Source of the DNA: an uncultured delta proteobacterium
GTDB lineage: Bacteria > Desulfobacterota > Desulfuromonadia > Desulfuromonadales > JACZKF01
Assembly (NCBI GenBank): GCA_963816395.1
Contig: CAWFKQ010000005.1
Span: 320,001-384,000 of the forward strand
DNA length: 64,000 nt
Reading direction: 5' to 3'
Made by a program: the position numbers and the translations under genes. Each line of letters opens with the position of its first letter. Position 1 is the stretch's first letter. Below are positions 21,533 through 32,446 of the stretch, in pieces. The notes under the pieces were generated by a model that was not told the origin of the DNA, searched no databases, and saw only the letters and a program-made list of their open reading frames with translations.

Positions 21533-22661
21533 GCGGCGCCTCCACCGAACAGCCGGAAGCGCACCAGCGCTTCGCGGAACGCCTCCTCGATGACCGGCCG
21601 CTGCGCCGGCGGGCGCCTCCGCCAGCAGACGCCGGGCGCGCCGGACGAAAACGCCGCGCACCGTCTGTTCCTGCTCCAGGCGGGCGGCGAAGGCACTGTC
21701 GAAAAGCCGCGTGCGGTCCTCCAGTTCCAGATGGAAGAAGGCATCGCGGCAGCGGGCGCAGCAGGGCAGACACATCGAGCGGCGCCTCGACGATGCCGGT
21801 CAGCGCGAGGCGCAGCAGCAGGTCGGGACGCCCTTTGGCGACAATCGCCTCGGCGACCCGCCCGGCATCCTCGCAGCCGGAGAGATCAAGGCTCTCGGCC
21901 GCCAGTTCCTGGCTGTTGACCGTCACTTTTTCCACTGTCGCCCGCCCCGCCGCCAGGGTGACCAGGGCGGCGTAGCGGGGGCCGTTCTCACCGAAGCGCT
22001 TCCCCTCCGGCGAGCCGGGATAGCAGGCCCAGACCCGCCCGGCCTCCTCCAGGAGCTCGAAACCGTGGTAATGCCCCAGGGCCACGTAGTCCAGTCCCCA
22101 TTCGCGCAGGGTGGCGAGGGAGAAAGGCAGATCCTTCTTTCGGTATTCCCACTCCGGACTTCCCTGGCGGGAGCCGTGCAGCAGGCCGATATGGATCCCT
22201 TCCGGGGCGCGCCGGGCCATGCCGGCCAGGGCGTCGGCAGAGGCGAAGGAGCGGTAGGCGAAGCCGTAGAGGAACACCTGCTCTCCCCCCACCGTGAGCA
22301 TCGCCGGGGCCTCGACGGTCGGCGCGGCGAGCACCACCGCCCCCGGGAAATCGGCCTGCCGATACACCGAATCGGCACTCACCAGATTGTCATGGGTGCC
22401 GGGGAGAAGCACCGGCACAATTCCCCGGTCGGCCAGGCGTTTGAGGCCGGCCTGCACCCGACCGACCAGGGCGGGTTCGGGGCGGGGGTTGTCGAACAGA
22501 TCGCCGGCGACCAGAAACAATTGGCACTCGCTCTTGATCGCCAGAGTCAGCAGGCGCTCGAAGGTCTTGAGGAAGGCGTCCCGACGCGCCCCTTCCTGCC
22601 CGTCAAGAGCAGGGAAAGGGGCACCCAGGTGCAGATCGGCGGTATGCAGAAATCGGATCAT
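21529..22661 (-). CDS. Mre11/SbcD-like metallophosphoesterase DNA repair exonuclease (YhaO-like), frameshifted
   Basis: FLHTADLHLG, VAGDLFD, PGTHD, DYVALGHYH, YPGSPEG. Confidence 0.88.
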
Positions 22662-22669
22662 AAATCACT

Positions 22670-22756
22670 CGGTACGCGGTACGCGAAAGGCGTAAAACCA
22701 GGGACGCGGTACGCGAAGGTCAAAGATTTTCGCGAACCGCAAACCGCGTCCCGCGC
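22670..22756. repeat. 7-mer hairpin element
   Basis: GGTACGC GGTACGC ... GGGACGC GGTACGC GAAGGTCAAAG ... GCGAACC GCAAACC GCGTCCC. Confidence 0.85.
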
Positions 22757-22766
22757 TTTATCTGCT

Positions 22767-23531
22767 TCATTCCTGAAACTGCCAGATGGTCTCCCGGCGG
22801 AAGTCCCACCAGCTGGCGTCGATGCGGGTAGACAGGGTTTCGCCGGCGATCACCAGGGTGAGGGCCGGCCGTTTCTTCGGGCCGCCGAGTTCGAAGAAAT
22901 CCCGGCCGCCGGCTTTCTCCACGATATCGTCGAGGGTGCCGGTCAACACCTCCTGCCCGGGCAGGCAGAGCCGGTGCAGGATGGCGATCGGCACGCTGCG
23001 GCCATAGCCGGCGCGCAGTTCCGCCACCAGTTCCGGCAGCGGGAGATCGTTCATGTAAAGAAGCAGCGTCACCCCGGGCGCCGCCAGCTCGCGCAGGGCC
23101 GGGGCACCGGGCTCTTCCGCCAGCAGGCGCGGCGAGGCGATGATCGCCCGGTTGCAGGCCCCGGGAAGGTCGAGGGTTTTCTTCAGCCAGGCCGCGGCGG
23201 CATTGGCCGTCCCCACCCCGGGGACCGCCACCGCCCGCTCCCCCAGGGGATCGATCAGCGCCTGAAAAGGGGAATAGAAGGTGAGGTCGCCGGGGACCAG
23301 GAAAGCCACGTCCCCCTCCCGCAGCCGCGCCTCCACCTGCTCCAGCAGCTCCGCGAAATAGAAATCGAAGGGGACCAGGATTTCCTTGCCGGCGAGCAGG
23401 GCGGCGAAGGTCGTCTCGTAGGGCGTAGGGGCGAAGACCGTCCGGCAGCCGGCCAGCAGCCGGGCCCCCTTGAGGGTCAGGAGGTCGGGGTCGCCGGGTC
23501 CGGCGCCGATGAAGTAGACGCGGCTACTCAT
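22767..23531 (-). CDS. Tetrapyrrole methyltransferase, precorrin-4 C11-methyltransferase (CbiF/CobM)-like
   Basis: VYFIGAGPGDPDLLTLKG, GDLTFYS, VPGVG, GTLDDI. Confidence 0.75.
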   Translation of the reverse strand: MSSRVYFIGAGPGDPDLLTLKGARLLAGCRTVFAPTPYETTFAALLAGKEILVPFDFYFAELLEQVEARLREGDVAFLVPGDLTFYSPFQALIDPLGERAVAVPGVGTANAAAAWLKKTLDLPGACNRAIIASPRLLAEEPGAPALRELAAPGVTLLLYMNDLPLPELVAELRAGYGRSVPIAILHRLCLPGQEVLTGTLDDIVEKAGGRDFFELGGPKKRPALTLVIAGETLSTRIDASWWDFRRETIWQFQE

Positions 23532-23546
23532 CCGCACTCCACAACC

Positions 23547-23625
23547 AGCTGCAAGCTGCAAGCTGCAAGCTAAGAGCTTAAGTTTGAATTTTTTTTCTAG
23601 CTTGCAGCTTGCAGCTTGTAGCTTC
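23547..23625. repeat. 7-mer hairpin element, GCAAGCT type
   Basis: AGCTGCA AGCTGCA AGCTGCA AGCT ... AGCT TGCAGCT TGCAGCT TGTAGCT. Confidence 0.9.
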
Positions 23626-24359
23626 TTTTCGCATCCAGATGAGAAACTCCCTGTTCCCTTTCGGGCCGAGGATGGGGCTTTCGGTGACTCCCAGCACCGC
23701 GCAGCCGAGTTCCGCGGCCAGCTCCCGGACCTTGTTCACCACCCGGGCGTGCTTCTCCGCTCTCCCGCACCACGCCCCCCTTGCCGACTTCCCCGCGTCC
23801 CACCTCGAACTGCGGCTTGATCAGGGCGAGCACCTCGGCATCGGCGGCCAGCAGCGCCAGGGTCGGCGGCAGGACCTTGTCGAGGGAGATGAACGAGGCG
23901 TCGATCACCGCCAGGTCCGGACGTTCGGGGAGACGGTCGGCCGTGAGGTCGCGGATGTTGGTGCGCTCCAGGTTGACCACCCGCGGGTCCTCGCGCAGCT
24001 TCCAGGCGAGTTGACCGTAGCCGACGTCGACCGCATAGACCCGCGCCGCCCCCCGCTGCAGCAGACAATCGGTAAAACCGCCGGTGGAGGCGCCGACGTC
24101 GATGGCAACCCGCCCGCCTACCGCCACCGCGAATTCGTCCAGTGCCCGCTCCAGCTTGAGGCCGCCGCGCGACACGTAAGCGGATATCCTCTCCCTTCAG
24201 GCGCAGAGCACAGTCGGCCTCGACCTGCGCCCCCGCCTTGTCCACCGCGTGCTCGCCGACCACCACCTTGCCGGCCAGAATCAGGGCGCGCGCCCGTTCC
24301 CGGGACTGAGCCAGTCCGCGTTCCACCAGCAGCTTGTCGAGGCGTTCTTTTCTGGGCAT
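23578..24359 (-). CDS. tlyA: TlyA family rRNA methyltransferase (S4 + FtsJ domains), frameshifted
   Basis: [54 protein letters not shown]. Confidence 0.9.
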
Positions 24360-24454
24360 GGGCGGGGACAGGAAAGCGCAAGGCGGTTGAAATTCCATCT
24401 TTCAGAAGCGGCCCAAGAGTAACACAGGGGGAAGCGGGGAGCAAAGGGGAAACC

Positions 24455-24531
24455 GAGGGGCGAGGGGCGAGGGACGCGGTACGCGAAAATATTTTGACCT
24501 TCGCGCACCGCGCACCGCGCACCGCGTCCCG
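24455..24531. repeat. 7-mer hairpin element
   Basis: GGGGCGA GGGGCGA GGGACGC GGTACGC GAAAATATTTTGACCTT CGCGCACC GCGCACC GCGCACC GCGTCCC. Confidence 0.85.
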
Positions 24532-24537
24532 GACCTT

Positions 24538-25247
24538 CTATTCCGCCTCCAGCGCGATCCCCACCGCCGTGTAGGGATAGCCGTGGAAACGGCGCATCTG
24601 CGGGTGAGGTGCGGCCAGTCGGCAGTGAGGTCGAGGGGACCGGTGAGGCGGAAACCGGGGGCGGCCAGGACGATGCGGCGCAGCTGATCTTCGTCGAAAA
24701 CGTTCCAGTCGACGCGGAAGGGTTCGCCCGGCCCCTGGTACCACATCTCCTCCCCCGCCTGCCGGCAGAAATCGGTGGTCAGCAGGAGACGACCGCCGGG
24801 GCGCAGGACCCGGTGCAGCTCCGCCAGCGCCAGCGGCATCCGCTCCCAGGGCAGATGCTCGAGGACCGAGATGCAGAAGACGGCGGCAAAACGGCCGGAG
24901 GCGAAAGGCAGGGCGGCCAGATCGCCGCGGGCGTAATTGACCCGCACCCCGTGCAGGCGGTCGAGCCGTCCGGGAAGGTCCAGGTCGCAGGCGCTCACCG
25001 GGCAGCCGCAAGCGGCCAGATAGACCGGGAAGATGGAGGCGCCGCAGCCGGCATCGAGCACCTGGTCGCCAGGGCTGAGCGCCGCCTGCTCCAGTGCCCA
25101 GGGGTACTCCCAGCGTTTGCTGGGGTGCAGGTAGGAGACCGTTTCCCGCGCCGCCATCGCGTCCATGGCCGCCGCGGTCCGCCGAAAAGGGGGAGACTCC
25201 AGCTCTGCCAGGTCCAGCACCCGACTGGGGGCCCTGTTTTCCCTCAT
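24538..25247 (-). CDS. Class I SAM-dependent methyltransferase
   Basis: VLDAGCGAS, FAAVFCISVLEH, LRPGGRLLLT; frameshift near 24600. Confidence 0.8.
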
Positions 25248-25289
25248 GATTTTTCTCCCGACCACAGGCTGTACCCCCTGGATACACCT

Positions 25290-26354
25290 CATTCTCGGCA
25301 ACGCGTATGCCAATACTCCGGCGACTGCATCCCAGACCTGCGCCAGATCCACCTCGTCGATGCAGCTGCGTTTCCCGGCCAGACAACGCCCTTCCATCAC
25401 GCATTTGGGCGGTCCGAAAGCCCTGGTCTTGCGCCAGGTGCAGCCGTCCCGGCCGCCGCAGGCGATCGCCGGCACCTGGCCGGGAAGATAGATCTGCGGG
25501 CTGGTGGGACCGAAAAGGGCGACCAGCGGCGTTCCCACCGCCGCCGCCAGGTGCATGAGTCCGGTATCGTGGCCGAGGAACAGCCGGCAGCGTGCCAGCA
25601 GGGCAGCCACCCGCCGCAGGTGCAGGGGACCGACCGCGACCGCACGCTCCGGCCGGCGCAGCCGCCGCCGTATATCCTCACCGAACTGCCGCTGCGGGCC
25701 GGCGAACAGGAGGAGGGACTCGCCGTTTTCGATCAGCCGGTCGGCGAGAGCGGCGAAGCGGGCCACCGGCCAGCGTTTGAGCGGCGAGGAAGCGACCGGC
25801 GAGAACCCCACCGGCCGCCCCGCCAGGCCGTGGGTGCGCAGAAAGCCGGCAGCAAAAGAAATTTCCGCCGCCGCCAGTTCGAGGCGGGGAACGGCGGCGG
25901 CCGGGATGCTGATCCCCCAGCCGGCCTGGACGGCGGCGTTGATCGCCGCCAGTCCGTCCAGGCCGGTGGCCAGCGCCCGATCCTGCAGGTCGCTGCCGGC
26001 ATCGAGGATAGTCGCCCGGCTGTCCCAGATCGCCGCCCCGGCCCCCATGACCGCATGCGAAGGATCGAGGACCAGGTCGAATGCCTCCGCGGCGAACCAT
26101 TCCCGGATGGCGGTCCTGATCGTCGGCGTGCCGTAATCCCCCCAGTGGCGAAAGCCCCAGTCCTGCACGCAGGACAACCGGTCGACCCGCCGATCGCCCG
26201 CCAGCAGTTCCAGGGCCGGCCGCGCGCCGAGAGCCGTGATCCGCGCCGCCGGAGCGGCGCTCCGCAAGACCCCCAGGACCGGCAGCTCCATCACCAGATC
26301 GCCGATACCGTAGCGCAGACAGAGCAGGATCTTGCGGGACGCGGAAAGGTTCAT
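25290..26354 (-). CDS. Glycosyltransferase family 9 (heptosyltransferase-like)
   Basis: YGIGDLV, KRWPVARF, GHDTGLMHLAAAVGTPLVALFGPT. 3' end uncertain because it reads in frame into the methyltransferase. Confidence 0.82.
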
Positions 26355-26409
26355 CAGGGAGGAAAATGCCGGAGCAAATGGGTTCCGGATCGCTGTGGCT
26401 GCCGCAGCC

Positions 26410-27615
26410 TCATCGCCGTTCCTCCGTGAACGAGGCCGGCAGTTCCGCTGCCTGCCGTCGCCCGCGATGCCGCAGCCAGCAATAACCAGGGATGGCGGCC
26501 AGGCCGCCGGCGATTTCCACCAGGATCAGTTCGAGAGGGAAATCCCGCGCTCGGCGCGTTAGCTGCCCGAAAAGCCGCTCACGCACCTGATAGGGGAAAA
26601 ACCAGTTGGCGATCTCGGCCAGCGCCCGGCGCCGGTAGAGGGGATCGTCGCAGGCGACCTTCAGCAGGTAGGCGATGTAACCCCATCCCCACAGATAGAG
26701 ACGCCGGCGCAGGGCGGCGTAGTCGCTGACGTGCCGATGGCGGACGGCCGCCGCCGGCTCGTAGGCCAGCTCGAAGCCGGCGCGCAGCACCCGGGAGAAG
26801 ATCTCGATATCCTCGGCGGTGGGGAGGACTTCATCGAACGCGCCGATCACGGTAAACAGCGAACGGCGGAATGCCATGTTGCCGCCGCTGCCGAACATCC
26901 AGGCCTGCAGCGGCCATGCAGGACATTGGGCAATGCCGGACAGGCGGCTGTGAATGCGCCGCACGAATCCCCGGTTGAAGCCGCCGCGCTGTTCCAGCCA
27001 TTCCTGCGCCGAGGTGTCGAGGGCGGCGGGGAGCACCGGCCCGGTGCAGCATCCGAGCCGCGGCCGAGCAAGGAAATTGCCGGCGAGGGCCCGCAGCCAG
27101 CAGGCGACCGGCAGGCAATCGTCATCGACGAAGGCCACGATCTCCCCTCGCGCCTCGGCCAGACCGCGGTTGCGGGCATAACGGACGCCGGGACGCGTCT
27201 CAGCGACATAACGGCATTGCGGGTACCGTTCCCGGACCAGGGCGGCGGCCGAGAGCCCGGGGTCGTTGTCCACCACGACGATTTCGAAACGGGGATGGTC
27301 CTGGTCCTTCAGGGCCTGCAGGCAGCGGTCCAGTTCGTCGGGGCGGCGGCAAGTGCAGACGACTACCGAAGCCAGGGGGAAAGTGCCCGGCACCGGCAAC
27401 GGACACCCACCCTGCCCCTCCCCTTCCCCCAGCGTCCGACCGAGGGCGGCGGCCAGTTCCAGAGAGTCGATTCGACCAGAACTATTGCGGATCTCCCGGG
27501 TGCCGAGCGGTACGCCGCGACTCCAGAAGATGAGCAGAAGGCGGTCGCACTCGCCGATCTCGATGGTATCGGGCAACGGTTCGGCGAGGTCGAGGTCCAG
27601 GATGCGGGTGCTCAT
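26410..27615 (-). CDS. Glycosyltransferase family 2
   Basis: SVVVCT, IVVVDN, ARNRGL, VAFVDDDC, GGNMAFRR. Confidence 0.88.
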   Translation of the reverse strand: MSTRILDLDLAEPLPDTIEIGECDRLLLIFWSRGVPLGTREIRNSSGRIDSLELAAALGRTLGEGEGQGGCPLPVPGTFPLASVVVCTCRRPDELDRCLQALKDQDHPRFEIVVVDNDPGLSAAALVRERYPQCRYVAETRPGVRYARNRGLAEARGEIVAFVDDDCLPVACWLRALAGNFLARPRLGCCTGPVLPAALDTSAQEWLEQRGGFNRGFVRRIHSRLSGIAQCPAWPLQAWMFGSGGNMAFRRSLFTVIGAFDEVLPTAEDIEIFSRVLRAGFELAYEPAAAVRHRHVSDYAALRRRLYLWGWGYIAYLLKVACDDPLYRRRALAEIANWFFPYQVRERLFGQLTRRARDFPLELILVEIAGGLAAIPGYCWLRHRGRRQAAELPASFTEERR

Positions 27616-27624
27616 CGGTGCCGG

Positions 27625-28428
27625 TCAGGGGCGGCGGCAGCCGCCGCCGGTCGCGGCCTCGAATTCCGCCCGGTTCCAGGAGGCGCTGCAGGAGGGGTTC
27701 TCGGGATCGGGCTCGCAGAGGTAAACCTCGCGCCCCGGGCGGGCGGTCACCCGCATGCCGCTCGAGCGCAGCATCGCTTCGGCCCCGGCATGGTTGGCGG
27801 CCCACCAGTTCGTCGGGTCATCGGCCAGCCGGTTTTCGATGAAGGCCATTTTCGGCCAACCGGGCTCGTTCATGGCGGAGCGTTCGAAAATCCCCAGGTC
27901 GGCAGTCTCGCAGACCTCCTCGCCCGGCATGGTCAGGGTCTGAAAGACCAGCAGGCGGCGCACCAGCCGGGAGACGATATCGAGTCCGAGCAGCGGGTAG
28001 CGCAGGTGGTAAAAGACCCCGAGAAAAAGGATCAGGTCGAAACTCTCCCGACAGGCGGCCAGTTCATAGACCTGCATCTGCCGAAACTCGATGCGGTTCT
28101 CCAGGCCGTACCGGCCGGCAGCCCAGCGAGCCTGAGCCAGGTAGTGGGGATTGCTGTCGATGGCGGTGACCCGGGCACCGCGCCGGGCCAGCTCGAAGCT
28201 GTAGAACCCGGCATTGCAGCCGATATCCAGGGCCTCCCAGCCATGCAGGTCAAGCGGCAGGTGGCAGGCGATCTCCTGCCATTTATAGGTGGGGAAATCG
28301 CCCAGCACATGATCGGGCGCGGTCTGACTGCCGTCCGGCAGGTGCAGGTTGTGGAACCACGGCCGCAGGTCGCTGATGACCTGCTGAAAATCCGCACCGG
28401 CGGTACGGCTCTCGGATGATGATTGCAT
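27625..28428 (-). CDS. SAM-dependent methyltransferase, TIGR04290-like
   Basis: PWFHNLHLPDG.QTAPDH.LGDFP, LDIGCNAGFYSF, GVFYHLRYPLL, DPTNWW. Confidence 0.82.
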   Translation of the reverse strand: MQSSSESRTAGADFQQVISDLRPWFHNLHLPDGSQTAPDHVLGDFPTYKWQEIACHLPLDLHGWEALDIGCNAGFYSFELARRGARVTAIDSNPHYLAQARWAAGRYGLENRIEFRQMQVYELAACRESFDLILFLGVFYHLRYPLLGLDIVSRLVRRLLVFQTLTMPGEEVCETADLGIFERSAMNEPGWPKMAFIENRLADDPTNWWAANHAGAEAMLRSSGMRVTARPGREVYLCEPDPENPSCSASWNRAEFEAATGGGCRRP

Positions 28429-28444
28429 CGCGTGTCCTATGAGA

Positions 28445-28537
28445 TCAGTTATCAGCTGTCAGTTATCAGCTGCAAGCTAGAGCCACGAGCAGGTTCAAGG
28501 TTCAAGCTGCGAACTGCTAGCTGTGAGCTGATGGCTA
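28445..28537. repeat. 7-mer hairpin element, TCAG(T/C)T(A/G) type, mixed with GCAAGCT and AGGTTCA units
   Basis: TCAGTTA TCAGCTG TCAGTTA TCAGCTG CAAGCT ... AGGTTCA AGGTTCA ... CTGCTAG CTGTGAG CTGATGG. Confidence 0.8.
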
Positions 28538-29147
28538 GGCTTGGATCGGCAACCGGTCGCCGGTGTGGTTAAGGCAGAGCAGCCGCGGGCCGCTGTCGCG
28601 GATATCGAGGATGCTGACGGAGGCCAGACCGATCTCGAAGCGCAGCATCAGGTCCAGGGGGAAGCCGGCGTAATGGGCAATGGCCGTTTTGATCGGATCA
28701 CCGTGGCTGAACAGCGCCAGGATGGACTTGGGGAATTCCCGGCGCATTGCTTCGATCTCCGCCACCATGCGCGCCTGCACCTCGACCATCAGCTCGCCGC
28801 CGGGAATACGGGTGCCGCTGCGGAAGGTGTTGAACTGCCGCCAGCGGGGAATTTCCCCCAGCTCCTCGAAGGACATGCCGGCCCAGTCACCGAAGTCGAC
28901 CTCGTGCAGCCCCTCACGGATCTCCACCTGCAGCCCGTGCCGCCGAGCCAGCGGCGCAGCGGTCTCCCGCGTCCGCTCCAGGGGACTGCTGAAAATAGCC
29001 GGCCAATGGCACCTCGGCGAGCCGCTCGGCAAGCCGTTCGGCCTGTTCGCTGCCCTGCTGGTTCAGGTGGATGCCGGCCGTCCGGCCGACGATCGTCCGG
29101 CCGACGGCATCGTTATGCCCATGGCGGATCAACAGGAAGAGGGGCAT
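28535..29147 (-). CDS. Histidine phosphatase family protein, frameshifted
   Basis: LLIRHG, SSPLERTRETA, EVDFGDWAG, FSHGD. Confidence 0.87.
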
Positions 29148-30079
29148 AAAATCTTCTCCGCAGGCGCTGCCCCGGCTGGCGGGACATCCGGCTCTGCCTC
29201 CGGCAGGACATAGCGGCGCACCACTTCCGCAGCGAACCAGGCGAACTCCCGCAAGTCGAGGGGCGGACTGGTATGGCAGGCGCGCCGGCCCCGCGAGGGC
29301 GGGGTGAAGCAGAGGGTCAGGGTGAGGTCGAACTCGCTCAACGCCGCCATCTGCCGATCGAACCAGGCCAGGGCGTTCGGCCGGTGCCAGTCGGCCCAAC
29401 TGATGCCGGTACGCAGCTTTTTCACCCCCAGCCGCCGCAGCCATTGCACCGCGTCGGCCAGCCGGTGGTCCTCGAAATGAAACCACTGGCAAATCCCCAT
29501 GGCCGGGTCGAAATGCCGCAGGGCCGGCTTCGGGGTGCCGTCGGCACGCACCAGCCCCATGTAGAAGTGCCGATAATAGGCGCTTCCCTCACTCTCCTTG
29601 TGCCGGGTGGTGGCGCCCCAGGCCGGCGGCAGGTCGAAGAGGCTGTACCAGAAGATACGCTCGGTGCGCCCGAGCAGCAGCTCGGTGGTGCGCTGCAGGC
29701 CGAACACCTGGACTTCGTCGGCGCCGAAAGTGGAGACGCCCACCTCGGTGACCCACACCGGCAGATGGGTGACCGCCTCGATCTCGGCGAGCTTGTCCGG
29801 CCATTCGTCAATCCGCCAGTGGTTCCAGTCCAGAGGAAAACCATGCACCGCCACCGCGTCCAGACGCTCGAGCAGACCGTAGCTGGCCAGCAGGCGGATA
29901 AACCGCTCGTCGATGGGGGAAATGCCGCCGAGCACCAGGTGCACTCCGGGGCATAACTCCCGCACCGCCTCGGCCGCCAGACTCGTCATCTGACTGAATT
30001 CCCGCCATTCCTGATCCAGCTGGAAATCCCAGTGGGACAGGTTGTTCGGTTCATTCCAGAACTTGATTGCTTCGATCAT
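29129..30079 (-). CDS. Glycoside hydrolase, beta-xylosidase-like (clan GH-A)
   Basis: WNEPNN acid/base motif and VWVTEVG nucleophile motif. Confidence 0.78.
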   Translation of the reverse strand: MIEAIKFWNEPNNLSHWDFQLDQEWREFSQMTSLAAEAVRELCPGVHLVLGGISPIDERFIRLLASYGLLERLDAVAVHGFPLDWNHWRIDEWPDKLAEIEAVTHLPVWVTEVGVSTFGADEVQVFGLQRTTELLLGRTERIFWYSLFDLPPAWGATTRHKESEGSAYYRHFYMGLVRADGTPKPALRHFDPAMGICQWFHFEDHRLADAVQWLRRLGVKKLRTGISWADWHRPNALAWFDRQMAALSEFDLTLTLCFTPPSRGRRACHTSPPLDLREFAWFAAEVVRRYVLPEAEPDVPPAGAAPAEKILCPSSC

Positions 30080-32218
30080 GAAATAAATTCCCGGCAGAGA
30101 TTAACCTTAATTCATCATGGACTCTAGCAGGGACCTTGCCGCTGTCAAGCGGTCCGCCCGGCAGCCAGACGGTGAACTCCGAACCGGCACCGGGGGAGCT
30201 CTTCACCTCGATCGTCCCGCCGTGCGCCTCGACGATGTGGCGGCACTGGTAGAGGCCGATGCCGAAGCCTTTTTTCTTGGTGGTCTCAAAGGGGCGGAAC
30301 AGCCGCTTGCGAACGAATTCCTCGCTCATTCCACATCCCTGGTCGCGCACCCGGAAGAACACCCGGCCGTCCCCCCGCCCCCACCTCGACCTGCACCAGA
30401 CGGCCGGAGCCGGCCTCCAGCGCATTGTGCAGCAGGTTGATGGCAACTTTCTGTATCTCCTCCGGATCGAAGCTGGCCGCCGTCGGAACGCAACTCACCA
30501 CGATGTTCCGGCTGCCGGCCAGCCGAGCGCTCTCCCGCACAACAGCGGCCAGGTCGCCGGGGACGATGGCGAGACTCGATTTTTCCTCCAGGTCCTGGAG
30601 GCGGGCGATGAGCCCGTTCATGCGGCTCACGTTAGCAGCCAGGGTCTGCAGCATATCGGCGCGGAATTCCCGATCGTCCAGATTGTGGCGGGCGTTTTCG
30701 ACCACCAGCGCGAGACTGGAGACGAGATTTTTCAGATCGTGCACTACGAAGGCGGAAACCTTGCCGATAGCGGCCAGTTCGCGGGAACTCGCCAACTGGT
30801 CGGCCAGGCGGACGCTGAGAATGGCGGAGGCGGCCTGGCCCGCCAGCAATCGCATCAGGTCAAAATCTTCATAGGTGTATTTTTCCCGGCGGTTGATGGG
30901 GCGGCCGAGGACCAGGAAACCCTCCAGAATCCGATCGAAGTGCAACGGCACCACGAAAGAGACGCTGTAACGCTCCAGGAAGGAGTGATTCTCCGCCCAG
31001 ATTTCGGGATTGTCGTCGCGGCGGGCAAAAATCCATCCCGGTTTCACGAAATAGCGTACCAGGGAGTTGTCGCGCGCGAGAGTCTCCCCGTGTGCCGGGG
31101 TGCCGTGGGCGGCGGCAGGCCGGTAGGCTTCCCCTTCCGGGTCGCGCAGGAACAGAAGAACCTCCTGCACGGCAAAGGTTTCGCCGTAGAAGGCGAGGAT
31201 GGCCTGATGCAGTTCGTCCTGGCTGCGGGTGGCGGCCAGACGACGGGAGAAGCGCAGCCATTGATCGCGGTAATCGTACTTGTCCTGATAGAAATTCTTA
31301 TGCAGGGAGACCTTGATTTTCCGCTGCACCGACTCCGAAAGCAGTACTGCCAGCACGCCGATGCCGCCGATCACCCCGGCCAGCACCAGGAGCACCCGCT
31401 GGGATGCCGGGTTCAGCAGACGCATCCCCTCGCCGAGCAGCCCCAGGCCGATAAGGTAGCAGCCGACTGCCAGCACTACCACCGAGCGGAACACCAGGGT
31501 GCGGGAGATCTGGATGCGGGACTCTTCGCCCCGCCGCAGGCTGGAGAACGCCATCAACAGCACCGCCGCCGCCAGGGCGAAGGAACGCGCCGGCAGCAGG
31601 TTGAGATCGAGGCTGCGATGCAGCATCCCCTGACTGAAATAAACCAGATTCACCGAAAGCAGGGTACCGGCGCCAAGGACCTTGAATTTGACCCGCCAGC
31701 GGGCATGCCGGGGAAGAGAAACCAGGGTGCGCTCCAGCTGCATCAGGGCATAGGTCAGATAGACGAAGATGCCGATGCTGAAAAGAAATCCGGGCCGGCC
31801 AAGGAACAGCAGGTGCTCCTCGGCAAAATCGGGGGAGTAATAGAAGCGTTCGACCGGCAACAGGGCCGCAGCCAGAGGGAAAACCGAGGAAGCGAGCAAG
31901 GAACGATCCCGGCAGCCGGGAGATCTTTTTCAGGCCGTCGGCCCGGGAAAAGGTCAGGGAAAAAAAGAGCCAGGTGGCCGGCAGGAACGATGACGCCAGC
32001 AGCCCCCCTTTTTCCCAGGCGGTCCAGGCGGCCGGATACAGCCAGCCCAGGAGGTCGCAGATCTCCAGCGACAGGGCCGCCGACAACCCGGCCAGCAGCG
32101 CCCAGTGGGAGGGGCCCTTGCCCTTGGCGGTTGCCAGCAGGTAAAGGCAGTAAGCGGCAACGAGCAGAATGGCGATGGCGGAAACAGACGTTTGCAGCAT
32201 TTCCCGGAAGCGGTCCAT
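30051..32218 (-). CDS. prsK: PEP-CTERM system histidine kinase PrsK-like, frameshifted
   Basis: Multi-TM N-terminus, HKNFYQDKYDYRDQWL, GAF region, AFVVHDLKN, FETTKKKGFGIGLYQ; exact ends uncertain. Confidence 0.8.
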
Positions 32219-32446
32219 TTTGGCTGCAGCGGCAACCGCCGGAGCAGCACAGCGACGACAGACTTGTGATATCGGAGTTTAATTAATTAATATTTATATC
32301 GCAGAACCCGGACTTTGGCAAATGAGAGCGGGCCGGCCCCTGGCGAGGCGGTTCCCTGGTCCCAGGACAGCACTGGCATCCTGGGCCGTTGCAGTTATGC
32401 TTGCAGGAAAAGGACGGCCCGCCTCGGCGGGCAATGGAGGCACACA

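Noticed and set aside
14362..32286. Long plus-strand ORFs (e.g. 14362..15867, 16960..18765, 20036..21919, 24609..26429, 30259..32286)
   Set aside because: Antisense shadows of real minus-strand genes, typical of high-GC codon usage; no recognisable motifs.
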